The notes below the pieces were generated by a model that did no database searches, was not told the DNA's origin, and saw only the letters and a list, made by a program, of their open reading frames with translations. From the human T2T-CHM13v2.0 reference genome, Homo sapiens, in assembly GCF_009914755.1 (NCBI RefSeq), contig NC_060934.1: DNA of 64,000 nucleotides. One strand, written 5' to 3'. Position numbers and translations under genes: made by a program. Positions 21,328 through 37,603 of the stretch are shown in pieces. Positions within the stretch are counted from its first letter, which is position 1; each line of letters starts with the position of its first letter.

Positions 21328-22543
21328 GAATTTCTCTGTACTAGCAACAAATAATTGGAAAATAAAAATTTTAAAAATCATTTACAATAGCATCAAAAAC
21401 ATAAAACATTTAGGAATAAATCTTTGAGAAAGAGAAGGAATAAAATTTTTAAAAGAATATGCAAGATCCTTGAAAACTACCAAGCACTGCTGAGAGAAAC
21501 TGAAGAGTCATTCACCACGTTCATGAATCAGAAAGGAGAGTAGCAAGACTCAACAAACAATTGCAAAAACCAAAATTTGACTGGACTCTAGTTATTTAAA
21601 AAGCAGTAATATAAACAACATTTTTGCTATAAATGAGGAAATTTGAAATATGCATGCACAGATAGATGATATTATAGAATTATAGTTAACTTCCTTAAGA
21701 GAAATAATGCTACTGCTGTTACACAGAAAAATGCCTGTATTCTTAAGAGATGAAAGATTAAGTATTAAAGGATGATATCTACATTTTACTTTCAAATGAT
21801 TCATGAAAAAAGAATATACACACACATATATAAAGCAAATGTGACAGCATGTTAACAACTGCTGAATCTAGAATGGAGGGCACACAGGTTTTAATTATAT
21901 TTGTTTTCAATGTTTCTGTAGGTTTGAAGATACTGCAAATAAAAATCAAAAAGGAAAGTGAATGGAAAACATTTAAAAAAAAAAGGTTTGAAGGAGAACA
22001 TTCTAGGCAGAGAGAACAGCACCAGCTAAAGAGACACAATCTGTATGTAATTGCCCCCACCTAAACTGCTAAAGAGAATGAGCGGCACATGGAGCAAAAC
22101 TGGATTCAACATGCAGTTGGGAAATAAGCTGACCTCAACCGTCTCTAGGTTAGCCATCCTCAGCCAAGGCTTAGGCTAAAACAAGGCCCAATCCCGTAGG
22201 AATTAGAATAAGTGTTCATCATTGTATGCCAATGAGTTCTGGCATGTTTTGTTACAGAATATTACTATGGCAAAAGTTGATACATGGGGAAATAAGGTTT
22301 TAGATTTAAAAAGTAACAGAACCAGTTGTATTTTATGAATATTATTCGGCTGAGAGAGTGAGGTATAGTCAAGAATAAGTAGAGAGGCTGGCAATAGGAT
22401 TAGGATATTGCTAGAAGATTTAAAGTCTCTAGATAAGAATTCAGAGGTCATGGCAGCTAACGGATATGGAAAACGAGAAGAGTCAAAGACAACTTCAATA
22501 TTTCAACCCTGGGTAAGAGTAATTTTAAAAATTACTGTACATA

Positions 22544-22919
<376 letters not shown>

Positions 22920-23673
22920 TTAGTTGAAAGTAATGGCAGGACTGTCAAGTTACTCGAGAAACGTTTGCCTCAGAGACATAACTGACAGTCATTTTCCTTA
23001 AAGGAGACAACTATAAGCTGTGGCAGTAGGTAAGGGAGAGGTAGAAAGTAAAACAAAAGGAGCCAAATGCAGACCCTATAGAGATGTTGCACTTAAGAGA
23101 AGAAAAACCACCAAAGAAACAAATAAAGTTGATCTAACATACAAACTAAACAAAACTAGCTAACTTTCCTTTGAAGAATAACAAAAGTATTATAATTTGT
23201 GAATAATCACATATACACTAAAACTAAGGAATATCTGAAAGGGAACAAAATGAATCACTCAGTAAATATATAAATCTAACCAGACAATGCTGGTGTCCAA
23301 ACAGGTGCTCAATAAATATGAGACGAATGGATGGACAGATAAAACTTAAGAGATATTGCCTATAGTTCTTACTTCTAATGGCACTTTAAAAGGATCGGTC
23401 TATATCTGTTGCATTTTCAGTGAGATGTATTATAATGTATGCTTATTGTTAATTTTTCGTAAAAAGAATTGTTTATATAATTTTCATGTTTTCTGAACTT
23501 TTGCCCTGAAGTATTCCTAATAGAGAAAGAGAACAAACACATATATAACACCATTACCCTGCCTCATTCCATGGAGGGGCATAGGGGACTGTCAGGCTTC
23601 AGTATGCATATCGAGAAGGGAAGCTAAAATTTTCACTACAATGCAGACTCTACCTTAAAATTCACTCAAATTT

Positions 23674-23973
<300 letters not shown>

Positions 23974-24167
23974 TCAAATTTTATGCTCCAATAATAAAAT
24001 AAAACCTATCATTAAAGTGGACTTCATGTACATTGTCTCATTTAAACAGTCTTATGAAATGTATACTATTATTATGATCATAAAGATGAGTATACTAAGG
24101 CTTAGCATTTAAGAAAGTAACCAAGGTCACGTAAGTAACAGAGCCAGAAATATAACTCATGCATTCT

Positions 24168-24414
24168 ATTTTTTTTTGGACAGAGTCTTGCTCTGTTGAC
24201 ACCTCCCAGGTTCAAACAATTCTCCTGCCTCAGCCTCCTAAGTAGCTGGGATTACAGGTGCCCACCACCATGCCCAGCTAATTTTTTGTATTTTTGTAGA
24301 GATGGGATTTCACCATATTGGCCAGGCTGGTCTCAAATTCCTGATCTCAGGTGATCCACCCACCTCGGCCTCCCAAAGTGCTGGGATTACAGGCGTGAGC
24401 CACCATGCTCAGCC
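24168..24414 (-). mobile_element. Alu with internal deletion
   Basis: Alu match; TSD CATGCATTCT. Confidence 0.85.
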
Positions 24415-24734
24415 GACACATGCATTCTTAACTCACTATATGACTGTCCAATTTGCTTGATCTTGTGGCTTAGCATTGTACAAATAATCCAATTTAAAAA
24501 GCACACATTTAATAATACTGCTTTTATTTTCACAGTTGATACTTTTATCTCCTCTAATTATTGACAAAAGCACTTTCAGTTCTTTTTTTCTCCCACTGTT
24601 TTGATTGCTTTATATCTGTGGCCAGGATACTCATTTGGGAGAAACTGACCAGAGTTATACTGCTATTACTAGCTTTCAAACAAAACAAAGACACCAAGTT
24701 TACATATGGAGACCAAAATTTTCATCCTAAAAGA

Positions 24735-24965
24735 AGGGGTCGGCAAACTACAACCTGTGGGTCAAATGCTACCCAGGTCAAATGCTACCCACTGTTTTTT
24801 TTTTTTTTAAGTAAATTTTGCTGGAAAGCAGCCACTCCCATCCATTTACATGCTGTCCACAGTGGAGTTGAGAGTTGACTAGTTGCAACAAAAACTGTAT
24901 GGCTCACAAAGCATAAAATACTTACTATCTGGTCCTTTACAGAAAAAGTTTGCAGGTCCTACCCT
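24735..24965. mobile_element. MER58A-like MITE with a 16-bp internal tandem duplication (24760-24791)
   Basis: AGGGGTCGGCAAACTA start, AAAAAGTTTGC end; GGTCAAATGCTACCCA occurs twice. Confidence 0.75.
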
Positions 24966-26451
24966 GGAGTCTTTAGTATTGTGCTTTAATCAACTGAAAT
25001 AATTAGCCAAACTCTTTCTACTAAAAAAAGAAATATACAGAATAGTTATACAAAAAACACAATGGCTTTCCCCTCTCCAATATTTATGTTTATACATATA
25101 CAAACTAATTTTTAATCACATTGGATTCTAAAATTTAGTGACTCTTGCAGAATATGATTCACATCCCACTGACCTCTGATATATATTTTTGTTTATCTTA
25201 CTTAAAATTTAAAAGTGAAACCACAGTTTCCATCCCTAAAAGCAAACAGGTGGAAGAGGTGAAGCAATAGGGCAAAATGGAAAGCTCCACTGATTGTCCC
25301 AGCTGCATGGACACCGATTTAACAACTATCTACACAAAAAAAGCATCTTCCTGAGAACCAAAAATCAGGTGAGCACTCATAGCACCTGGTTTCAACTTCA
25401 TATTGCTGAAAAAAAGAGATACAAAAAAGTCTTGAATCACCAACATCACCCCTCTCCCAGCCCCTGGCAGAGGCATTGTGGTGCAGAGAGCATTTCTGTG
25501 CACCGGGGAGAGAAAGAATGCAGCAATTGTTAGGCATTGAGCTCAGCACTGCCCTGTTACAGCAAAAAGTAAAACTGGATCAAACTTAGCTGACTCCTGT
25601 CCACAGAGGGAGCATTAAAACCCAGCCCTAGCCAGAGGGGAACTGTGGGTCCCAGTTGTCAAAATGTGAGTTCCTGCAAGCCTCACCATGGTGGGCTAAA
25701 GTGCTCTGGGGCCCTCAATAAACTTCAAACATAGTGCAGGCCACAAGGACCGCAACTACTAGGTGAGTCCAAGTGCAGAACTGGGCCCAGAGCCAGTGAG
25801 CTGGAGAGGCATGTGACCTACTGAGACACCAGCTGGGGCTGTTTAGGGACTGCTGGCACTACCCCTCCTTTAACCCAAGGCTGCACAGCTTGTGGCTCCA
25901 AAAGAGATCTTCTCCTTCCACTTGCGGAGAGAAGACTGGAGGGAAGAGTGGGGAGAACTTTGTCTTGCATCTTGGATACCAGCTCAGCCACAGCTGGATA
26001 GGGCACCAGTCAAAGTTGTGAAGACTGCTTTCCAGACTGTAGCTCCTGAACAACATTTCTAGATACACAGTGGCCAGAAGGGAACCCACTGCCTCGAAAA
26101 GAAAGACCCAGTCCTGACAGCTTTCATTATCTGTTAACTGAAGAGCCCTTGGGTCCCTGAATAATCAGCAGCAATATCCATGTACTAGGTACAAAGGCCT
26201 TGAGTGAGCCTGAAACTTCCTGGCTTCAGGTGAGACTCAGCACATTCCCTACCATGGCAGCTATGGGGCAAGACTCCTGCTTGAGAAAAGTGGAGGAAAA
26301 GTAAAGGGGACTTTGTCTTGTACCTTGGGTACCAGCTCCAACGTAGGAGGGTGAACAAATTCCAGGACTTGGTTCTTAGATGGCATTTCTGGACCTGTGC
26401 TGGGCCAGAGGGTAAGTCCCATGCCAGGCAGCATTCACCACAAGCTGACTA

Positions 26452-27051
<600 letters not shown>

Positions 27052-28477
27052 CCCCTTGGGCCTCAAGGAAACACTGGCAGTATTCTGGCAGTACTCCCCA
27101 CAGGCCCCTGGTGACAGTGGCCAAGGGGAGGTCTGGGGTGTTCCTCTGCCTTTGCAAAGGGGAGGGATGAGTGGTAAGGACTATTTTGTGGTTTGAGGGC
27201 CAGCTCAGCTGCAGTACAACAGAACACCAGGTAGACGTCTAAGGTTTTTCACTCTAGTCCCTGGCTCCCAGACAGCACCTCTGGAGTCACCAAGGGCCTG
27301 GGGAAACTAGCTGCCCCGAAGGGAAGGACACAGGCCAGGCTGGCTTTGCCACCTGGTGATTGTAGAGCGCCAGCACCTTGAGTGAAGATAGTCAGTAGCC
27401 AGGAAGTTGTTATAACAGGCCTTGGGTGAGACCCAGTGCTGTGCTGGCTTCAGGTCTGATCCAGTGTAGTCCCAGTGGTGGTAGCATCGCCACAGGGGTG
27501 CTTGTGTCACTCCACCCCCAGCTCCAGGTGCCTCAGAACAGACAAAGTTTGTTTTGGAAAAAGTAAGGAAAGAGAAAGAACAAGAGTCTCTGCCTGGTAA
27601 TTCAGAGAATTCTTCCAGACCTTGTCTAAGACCATCAAGGCAGTACCTTTATGAGTCTGCCAGAACCACAGCACTACTGGGTGTGGGGTGCCAACTAAAG
27701 CAGATACAGCTTCTAAGCGATGACAACATCCAAGTCCTTCTGAATATCTGGAAAGCCTTTCCAAGAAGCACGAAGACACACAAGTCCAAACCGCGAAGAC
27801 TACAATAAATACGTAACTCTAACTCTTTAATGCCCAGACAGAGAGGAACATCTGTTAAGTTATCAAGACCATCCAGGAAAACATGACCTCACCAAATGAA
27901 CAAAATAAGGCACCAAAGACAAATCTTGGAGAAAAAGAAACACATGACCTTTCAGACAGGGAATTCTAAATAGCTATTTTGAAGAAACTCAAAGAAATTC
28001 AAGATAATACAGAGAAAGAATACCAGATAAATTTAACAAAGAGACTGAAATCATTTAAAAGAATGAAGCAATAATTCTGGAGCTGAAAAAATGTAATTGA
28101 CATACCGAAGAATGTCTCAGAGTCTTTTAATAGGAGAATTGATCAAGCAGAAGAAAGAATTAGTGAGCTGAGGAGACAAAAGAAAAAAGAATAAAAAACA
28201 ATAAGGCATGCCTACAGAATCTAGAAAAAAGGCCCAAAAGGGCAAATCTAAGTTACTGGCCTTAAAGAGGAGATAGATGGGGCAGAAAATTAATTCAAAG
28301 AGATAATGACAGAGAACTTCCCAAACATAGAAAAAGATATCAATATCCAAGTAGAAGACTGTAGAACACCAAGCAGACTTAATCCAAATAAGACTCTTTG
28401 AAGACATTTAATAATCAAACTTCCAAAGGTCAATGATAAACCAAGGATCCTGAAAACAGAAAGAGAAAAAAACAAGA

Positions 28478-28720
28478 GCTGGGCGCAGTAGCTCACACCT
28501 ATAATCCCAGCTAACACGGTGAAACCTCGTCTCTACTAAAAATACAAAAAAATTAGCCGGGTGTGGCGGCGGGCACCTGTAGTCCCAGCTACTCAGGAGG
28601 CTGAGGCAGGAGAATGGCGTGAACCTGAGAGGCGGAGCTTGCGGTGAGCCGAGATAGTGCCACTGCATTCCAGCCTGGGCGACAGAGCAAGACTCCATCT
28701 CAAAAAAAAAAGAAAAAAAA
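28478..28720 (+). mobile_element. Alu (Y-like) with a left-arm deletion
   Basis: Jumps from ATAATCCCAG to CTAACACGGTGAAACC. Confidence 0.85.
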
Positions 28721-28884
28721 ACCTGTCTGAGAAAAAAACAAATAACATACAATGGTGTGCCAATATGCTGGCAGCAGACTTCTCAGGGCAAACTTTACAG
28801 GCCAGGAGAGAATGGCATGACATTTAAAGTATTGAAGGGAAAATTTATCCAGTGAAAATATCCTTCAAACATGAAAGATAAATA

Positions 28885-29198
28885 CTTTTTTTTGAGATAG
28901 AGTTTCGCTCTTGTTGCCTAGGCTGGAGTGCAATGGCGCGATCTCGGCTCACCACAACCTTCGCCTTCCAGATAGTCATCAAAACAGCACGGTACTGGCA
29001 TGATTCTCCTGTCTCAGCCTCCCAAGTAGCTGGGATTACAGACATGCGCCACCATGCCTGGCTAATTTTGTATTTTTAGTAGAGAAGGGGTTTCTCCATG
29101 TTGGTCAGGCTGGTCTCGAACTCCCGACCTCAGGTGATACACCCGCGTCAGTCTCCCAAAGTGCTGGGATTACAGCCATGAGCCACCGCACCCCACCC
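28885..29198 (-). mobile_element. Alu carrying a 32-bp L1-derived insert
   Basis: Full dimer interrupted at 28972-29003. Confidence 0.88.
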
Positions 29199-30439
29199 TG
29201 AAAGACAAATATTTTCCTAGACAAACAAAAGCTGAGGAATTTTATCAACACTAGACCTGTGGAACAAGAAATGCTAAATGGAGGTCTTCAATCTGAAAGA
29301 AAAAAACATTAATGGGCAATAACAAATCATCTAAAGGTATAAAACTCAATAGTATACAGAAAAATACAGAATATTACAACACTGTAATTATGGTGTGTAA
29401 ACTACTCTTAAGTAGAGAGACTATAAACAATTAACCAATCAAAAATAACAACTACAACAACTTTTCAAAACAGAGTATAAGATATAAATAGAAACAACAA
29501 AAAGTTAAAAAGCAGGAGTACAAAGTTAAGGTGTAGAGTTTTCATTACTCTTCTTTTTGCTTATTTGTTTATACAAACAGTGTTAAGTTGTTATCAATTT
29601 AAAATAATGGGTTATAAGATAGTATCTGCAAGCCCCATGGTAACCTGAAACCAAAAGCATATAATGAATACACAAAAAATAAAAAGCAAAAACTAAATCA
29701 TATCACCAGAGAAAATCACCTTCACTAAAAACAAAACAGCAAGAAAAAAAAGGAAGAGAAAACTGCAAAACCACCAGAAATGAGTAACAAAATAGGAGGA
29801 GTGTGTCCTTACTTATCAATAACATTGGATGTAAATGAACTAAACTCATGAATCAAAAGACATAAAGCTGCATGAATAGAAAAATAAGACCAAATGACCT
29901 GTTGCCTACAAGAAACACACTTCACTTATAAAGACAAACAGACTCAAAATAAAGGGATGGAAAAAGATATCCCATGCCAGTGTTAGCCAAAAGGGCAGGA
30001 GTAGCTACCATATCAGAGAAAATAGATTACAAAAGTGTAAGAAGAGACAAAGAAGGTCACTATATAATGATAAAGTGGTCAAATTAGCAAGTGGATATAA
30101 TCATTGTAAACATATATGCACCCAACATTGGAGCACCTAGACATACAAAGCAAATATTATTAGAGTTAAAGAGAGAAATAGACCTCAGTACAGTAATAGA
30201 TGAAGCCTTCAACACTCCACTTTTGGCACTGGACAGAGATGTACAGACAGAAAACCAACAAAGAAACATGAGACTTAATCTGCACTATAGACCAAATGGA
30301 CCAAACACATATTTACAGAACATTTCATCCAATGGCTGCAGAATAAACATTGTTCTCCTTAGCACATGGATCACTCTCAAAGACACACCATATGTTATGT
30401 CATAAAACAAGTCTTAAACCATTCAAAAAAACTGAAATA

Positions 30440-30727
30440 GGCCAGGCATGGTGGTTCACACCGGGTAATCCCAGCACTTTGGGAGGCCAAGGCGGGTGGA
30501 TTACTTGAGGCCAGGAGTTCAAAACCAGCCCAGTCAACATGACGAAACCCCATCTCTACTAAAAAATAGCCTGGAGTGGCCTGTAATCCCAGCTTCTTGG
30601 GAGGCTGAGACATGAGAATCACTTGAATCGGGGGGGTGGAGGTTGCAGTGAGCCGAGATCAGGCCACTGTACTTACTCCAGCCTAGACAACACAGTGAAA
30701 CTCCATCTCAAAAGAAAAAAAGAAAAA
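30440..30727 (+). mobile_element. Alu at the L1 deletion junction
   Basis: Alu consensus match. Confidence 0.88.
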
Positions 30728-31610
30728 CTATCAAAGAAATTGAAGAGGACACAAAAAATGGAAGATATTCCATGTTCAATATTGTTAAAATGTCCATACC
30801 ACCTATAGCAATCTACAGATTCATTGCAATCCTTATCAAAATACCAATGACATTGATCACAGAAATAGGAAACACAATCCTAAAATTTACACAGAACCAC
30901 AAAAGACCCAGAATAGTCAAAGCTATCTTAAGCAAAAAGAACAAAACTGCGAGGAATCATATTACCTGACTTCAAATTATAGTGCAGCGGTATAGTAATC
31001 AAAAGAGCATGGTACTGGCATGAAAACAGACACATAAACCAATGGAACAGAACAAATTTGTTTCTAGAGAACCTAGAAACAAATCTACACACCTAAAATG
31101 AACTCATTTTTGACAAAAGAACCAAGAACATACACTGGACAAAAGACAGTCTCTTCAATAAATGGTACTGGGAAAACTGAATATCTGTATGAAGAAGAAT
31201 CAAACTAGACCCCTATCTCTTACTATATATAAAAATCAAATCAAAATGATTAATGATTAAATCTAAGACCTCAAACTATGAAACTACTTAAGAAAACATT
31301 AGGGGAAACTCTCCAGGACATTGGTCTGGGCAAAAATTTCCTAATGCCCCACAAGCACATGCAACCAAAGCAAAAGTGGACAAACGGGATTACATTAAAT
31401 TAAAAAACTTCTACACAGCAAAGGAAACAGTCAACAAACAGAATGGGAGGAAATATTTGCAAACTAATCATCTGACAAGGGATTAATAACCAGAATATAT
31501 AAGGAGCTGAAACAATTCTATAGAAAAAAATGCAATAATCCAATTTAAAAAGTGGGCAAAAGAGCTGAATAGACATTCCTCAAAAGAAGACATAAAAATA
31601 CCAAACAGGC

Positions 31611-31868
31611 GGCAGGGTGCGGTGGCTCATGCCTGTAATCCCAGCATTTTGGGAGGCTGAGACGGGTGGATCGCCTGAGCTCAGGAGTTCAAGACCAGCC
31701 TGGGCAACACGGTGAAACCCCGTCTCTAATAAAATACAAAAAATTAGCTGGGCATGGTGGCGTGGGCCTGTAGTCCCAGTTAATTGGGAGGCTGAGGCAG
31801 GAGAATTGCTTGAACCCAGGAAGCGGAGGTTGCACTGAGCAAAAAAAAAAAAAAACAAAACAAAAACA
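31611..31868 (+). mobile_element. Alu (3' deletion)
   Basis: Alu match lacking the last ~50 nt before the tail. Confidence 0.85.
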
Positions 31869-32262
31869 AACGGGCATATGAAAAGGCGCTCAATACCACC
31901 GAACACCAGTGAAATGCAAATCAAAACTACAGTAAGATATCTCACCCCAGTTAAAATGGCTTTTATTCAAAAGACAGGCAATAACAAATGCTGGCAAGGA
32001 TGTGGACTAAAGGGAACCTTCGTACATTGTTGGTGAGAATGTAAATTAGTACAACCATTATGGAGAACAATTTGGAGGTTCCTCAAAAAACTAACAATAG
32101 AGCTACCACATGATCTAGCAATCCCACTGCTGAGGAGCTACCCAAAAGAAACGAAAGCAGTATATCATACAGGTATTTGCACTACCAGGTCTACTGCTAC
32201 ACTGTTCACAATTGCCAAGATTTGGAAGCAATCTAAGTGTCCATCAGTAGGTGAATGAATAA

Positions 32263-33085
<823 letters not shown>

Positions 33086-33347
33086 AGAGTGACATTCCTG
33101 TGTCATGTGCAACAACATGGACAAAACTGGAGGACATTATTTAAGTGAAATAAGCCAGGCACAGAGACAAATATCGCATGTTCTCACTTATTTGTAGGAT
33201 CTAAAAATCAAAACAATTTATCTAATGGAGACACAGAGTAGAAGAATGGTTACCAGAAGCTGGGAAGGGTAGTGGGGAGGCAGGGGCATGGGTGAGGTTG
33301 GGATGGCTAATAGATAAAAATAAAAATATTAAAAAAAAAATGAGTAA

Positions 33348-33656
<309 letters not shown>

Positions 33657-35051
33657 AAACCTAGTATTTCATAGCACATCTCATGTACCCCATAAAGATA
33701 TACCTACTATGTACTCACAAAAATTAAGAATTAAAAAAAATTAAAGAAACGCAACCAGTGTTTGCAGTTTGTATATCTTGCTGATATGATATATACGTTT
33801 TTGAAAAGAAATGTTAATGTTAGAATAAAAATAATATATTCGCATAGTAGATAAGGTTCAATCAGCCATCATTTTCTCCAGGAAGTCTTCCTTAGTCCTT
33901 CATAGTTACATGCCCTCCCAAGTGTTCTCATAGCACTCTGCATTTTCCCTAATCTAGTACTTACCATGCTGTAACATAAAGACCAAAAAGTTTAGACAAT
34001 CTCTCAATATTGTAAGCTCAACAAGGGCAGAAATCATGTCTTTTATCACTACATCACTAATATCTAATATAATAATAAGCACATAGTAGGCACTCTATTT
34101 GCAAAATGAATTTTAAAAAGAAGTCACACGGTAGAAGTTCAAAACAACTTATGTGTTTAGGATTATTGCCTAAATGTACAAAATAAAACCTATATAAGTT
34201 TGATTATAACACTTTTATTTCACATTTTAATTAAAGTTTAGTATTCTTGCTTAAAAACCTCAGTTCAAGGGTGGTTATGGTGAGTATGTTTTATCTGTTT
34301 GGTTTTATTTAAGGGTTCTACATAAAATAGTTTGAAAATCACTGATTTAGATCAGCACAAATATGTAGCGACTAGGCTAGACAGACCAAGTAAGGCTTCT
34401 CTTTTGGCATACCAGCATGTCTATAATGTACTACGTGGAACTCGGAAACTACTAAATAACCCAATTATTTGCCAGTAAACTCATTTAGCTGATAATACAT
34501 CCATTCCTGACAGCAGGTACCAAAGGTATTTTCTTATGATGCCATTTGGAGCACTGAAAACAATTTTTAATTCAAAAACTTTCCAAAGGACATGACATAT
34601 GGGAGGAACAAGTGCATCCATAAATCCTGAAATGAATAGGGAACACAAAGTCCAGTTCTCTGGTTCATAATCATCCTCCAGAGTTAGAGAAAGAAGAAAA
34701 CTGAGGAAATTCCCCTTAATTCTTAACCATAGAGCAGAGGGAAGGAATTTAGGCAGCTGTCAGATACAAGGTGTCTTTGAATAAACAAGTTTTGATAGTA
34801 ATAGGTTTCTTGAATGATACAAATAAATCGTCCCTCGTAGTTCATATCTACAGATACCTATTTATGGCAGAGCAGGATGAAGAAAGTTTCCTCTAAGGCA
34901 TAGAAGAAAGATAATTCACTGCTCTAAAGCCTCCCAAAAAGAGATGTTTAAGAAAGTCATACCAGTATCATCCTGCTTTTGACTTTTGTAACTACTGCAA
35001 ACAAGAACCCAGTTTCCTCATAACCCAATAATTTCTTCAAGTCAAAAGTAG

Positions 35052-35423
<372 letters not shown>

Positions 35424-37430
35424 CATACTGTATAATGTAAACAATACATAAATCTTGGAAAACTATCAGGGCTGGTATTTCAATCCTGATAGATAATTCT
35501 TCATTTGCATATGGGATAAAGAAAAAGACTTCTTCAAAATCACAGTGGTAGGAAGCAACACAGAGGGGTTAGAAATATGATCTTTTTGATTCCTAGTCCA
35601 GCGCCTATAATATAATACTATATGTGATCTAGAATATGAACTTCTAGATCTAGGGGCATAAAATAAAATCAAGCCCCCTTCTAAAGAGATTATACTACTA
35701 TATCTGCTGATATAAATGTGGACATTCATTTTTCCAGTCTATGAAAAGGGGCAAAATACCGACTATATAGGGTTTTAAAGTTAAATATATCTAGAGTATT
35801 CACATGAACTACAGACAAAGGAGGTTCTAGTGGTTAGCAAGCAATAAATTTTCCCTTCCCCTTCAACTATCAAGATGTGAAGATTCTAGTATTTAGAATG
35901 AGTCCATCAAAAAGGTCTTTGAAGATGAAACTCTATCAAGTTCTTCCTTAGTTGAGACTGAAGTTACTGAGCTAGGCAGGTAATTTAACTTACTTGCTTA
36001 AGTTCTGCCTATAGTTTGAAAGAAAAAATGTTCAATTTCCCCCGCTTCTCTGCCCCTTCCATTTTCTCGAGGTAAAAGACACAGCTAAGAAAAAAAAGTA
36101 TTTCTTAAAGGGGGGAATAAAGATAAGCAGATAATGAAAGCACAGAATGAGTAATTATTTGGTAATAGGGTCCAGCTGAAAAGGGATTGTTCACCAAAGC
36201 AGTAGGATGAAGTCCAGAGAAAAGAAACAATCTAATTAATCTCTTGAATCCTCGGCAAACAGTACACAGAAAGGTAGAGACCCATCTCATGTAGTTAGAG
36301 AATCTTCTTAGTAACTGTTTACTGCAGACCTGGACCCTGATATGCTAAAAGAAAGCCCTGTTCTGGGTAAAGGCAAACATAAGAATGACCTGTTTCCCTA
36401 GGAAATACATGGCTATGATTTCATCAATCAAAATGAAGAGAAATGAGTTGTTTTTCTAGGAATCTTGGACATACTAAATACCAAAGAAAAAAGTAAGTCC
36501 AGAAAGTTAAGTAGTTGAGAAAAATACCCAGGAGCTTCACTAAAATAGGAAAATAAATGGCCGGTAAAGGTTTGTTCTTAGACAAAGAACAGATGGATTA
36601 TCTCCTTTATCCCTTTATTATTTACCTTAGCACTAGGCAAGAGGGTCTGAAAATGCAAAGAAGCTGTTAAGGAGAAGAAACTAAAGATTAAAGGTTCATG
36701 TGGGTTTTTTAGTCATTCCATAGGTTAGAAACATACGCTTCTCCCTTAGGTCATGTCTCATCTAAATAGCAACTTGAGAAAACCAAATGGCATAACAGAG
36801 GTATACCTACCAACTGTCAGGGATGAAAATCCATCTTTAATGAAACAGCTCAGAGTCTACTTCTTCATATAACTTTGAACTGCTACAAGTGTAAAGGGTA
36901 CTATTTGTTACACTGGGAAGAAGGGCAGGGAAGAACAATAGGCAAATTAATGAATTACATACGGTTCCAATTTTAAATTAGTCATTTGTTTCAAATGAAA
37001 TGTTCTACTTTGAGGCCATTAGTACCCTACAGCAAAAGAACACAAGTTTTAATGTTCATAATTACAACTAGGACCCAATCTCTTTCACAAGATAACCACT
37101 TACAGCTAACAAAAACCATATAATGCAAACTAACAAATTATATTCTTCATAAGGAAATATAAGGAGAATTCTAACTCATTAGTATGTTATTGTTCTGCCC
37201 AACTATGGATAAGTTATCTATACATGCCTAACAAAGTCAGGTAAGACCAGAGCTCCAAAGGACAGGTTTATTACTTCTTTTAAGAGAAAGTATAGATAAC
37301 TTTTCCAAATTTCTATAATATGCATTGTTTTTGCCAATCTAAATCTTTAATAGATTAATGTTAAAATGAACAGTATCAATCTGTTAATAGGAATGGGGAA
37401 AGAGGAAAATAAAGGAATGATTGGACATAC

Positions 37431-37603
37431 CCTATGTAGTATTTCTAAAACCTTTAATGCAGTATGAAGAAAACTGTTGAAAATTCTTCTTTCAGAAGGG
37501 GGAATACCGATCTTGTAGAGTTTCAAAAGATGTACCACAACTTCCTTAAAAAGTTCTACTATCTTGAGGAATAGTGGAGGTTCAAGTACTGACCACCAGT
37601 TTT
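37431..37603 (-). CDS. HERC4: HERC4 coding exon (173 nt): ENWWSVLEPPLFLKIVELFKEVVVHLLKLYKIGIPPSERRIFNSFLHTALKVLEILHR
   Basis: AG/GTATGT boundaries; lies within ORF track 37347..37628. Confidence 0.96.

Noticed and set aside
35450-37200. Repeat-poor intronic stretch as a candidate enhancer or hidden exon
   Set aside because: I could not support any exon, RNA structure or motif cluster from sequence alone; conservation or chromatin data are needed
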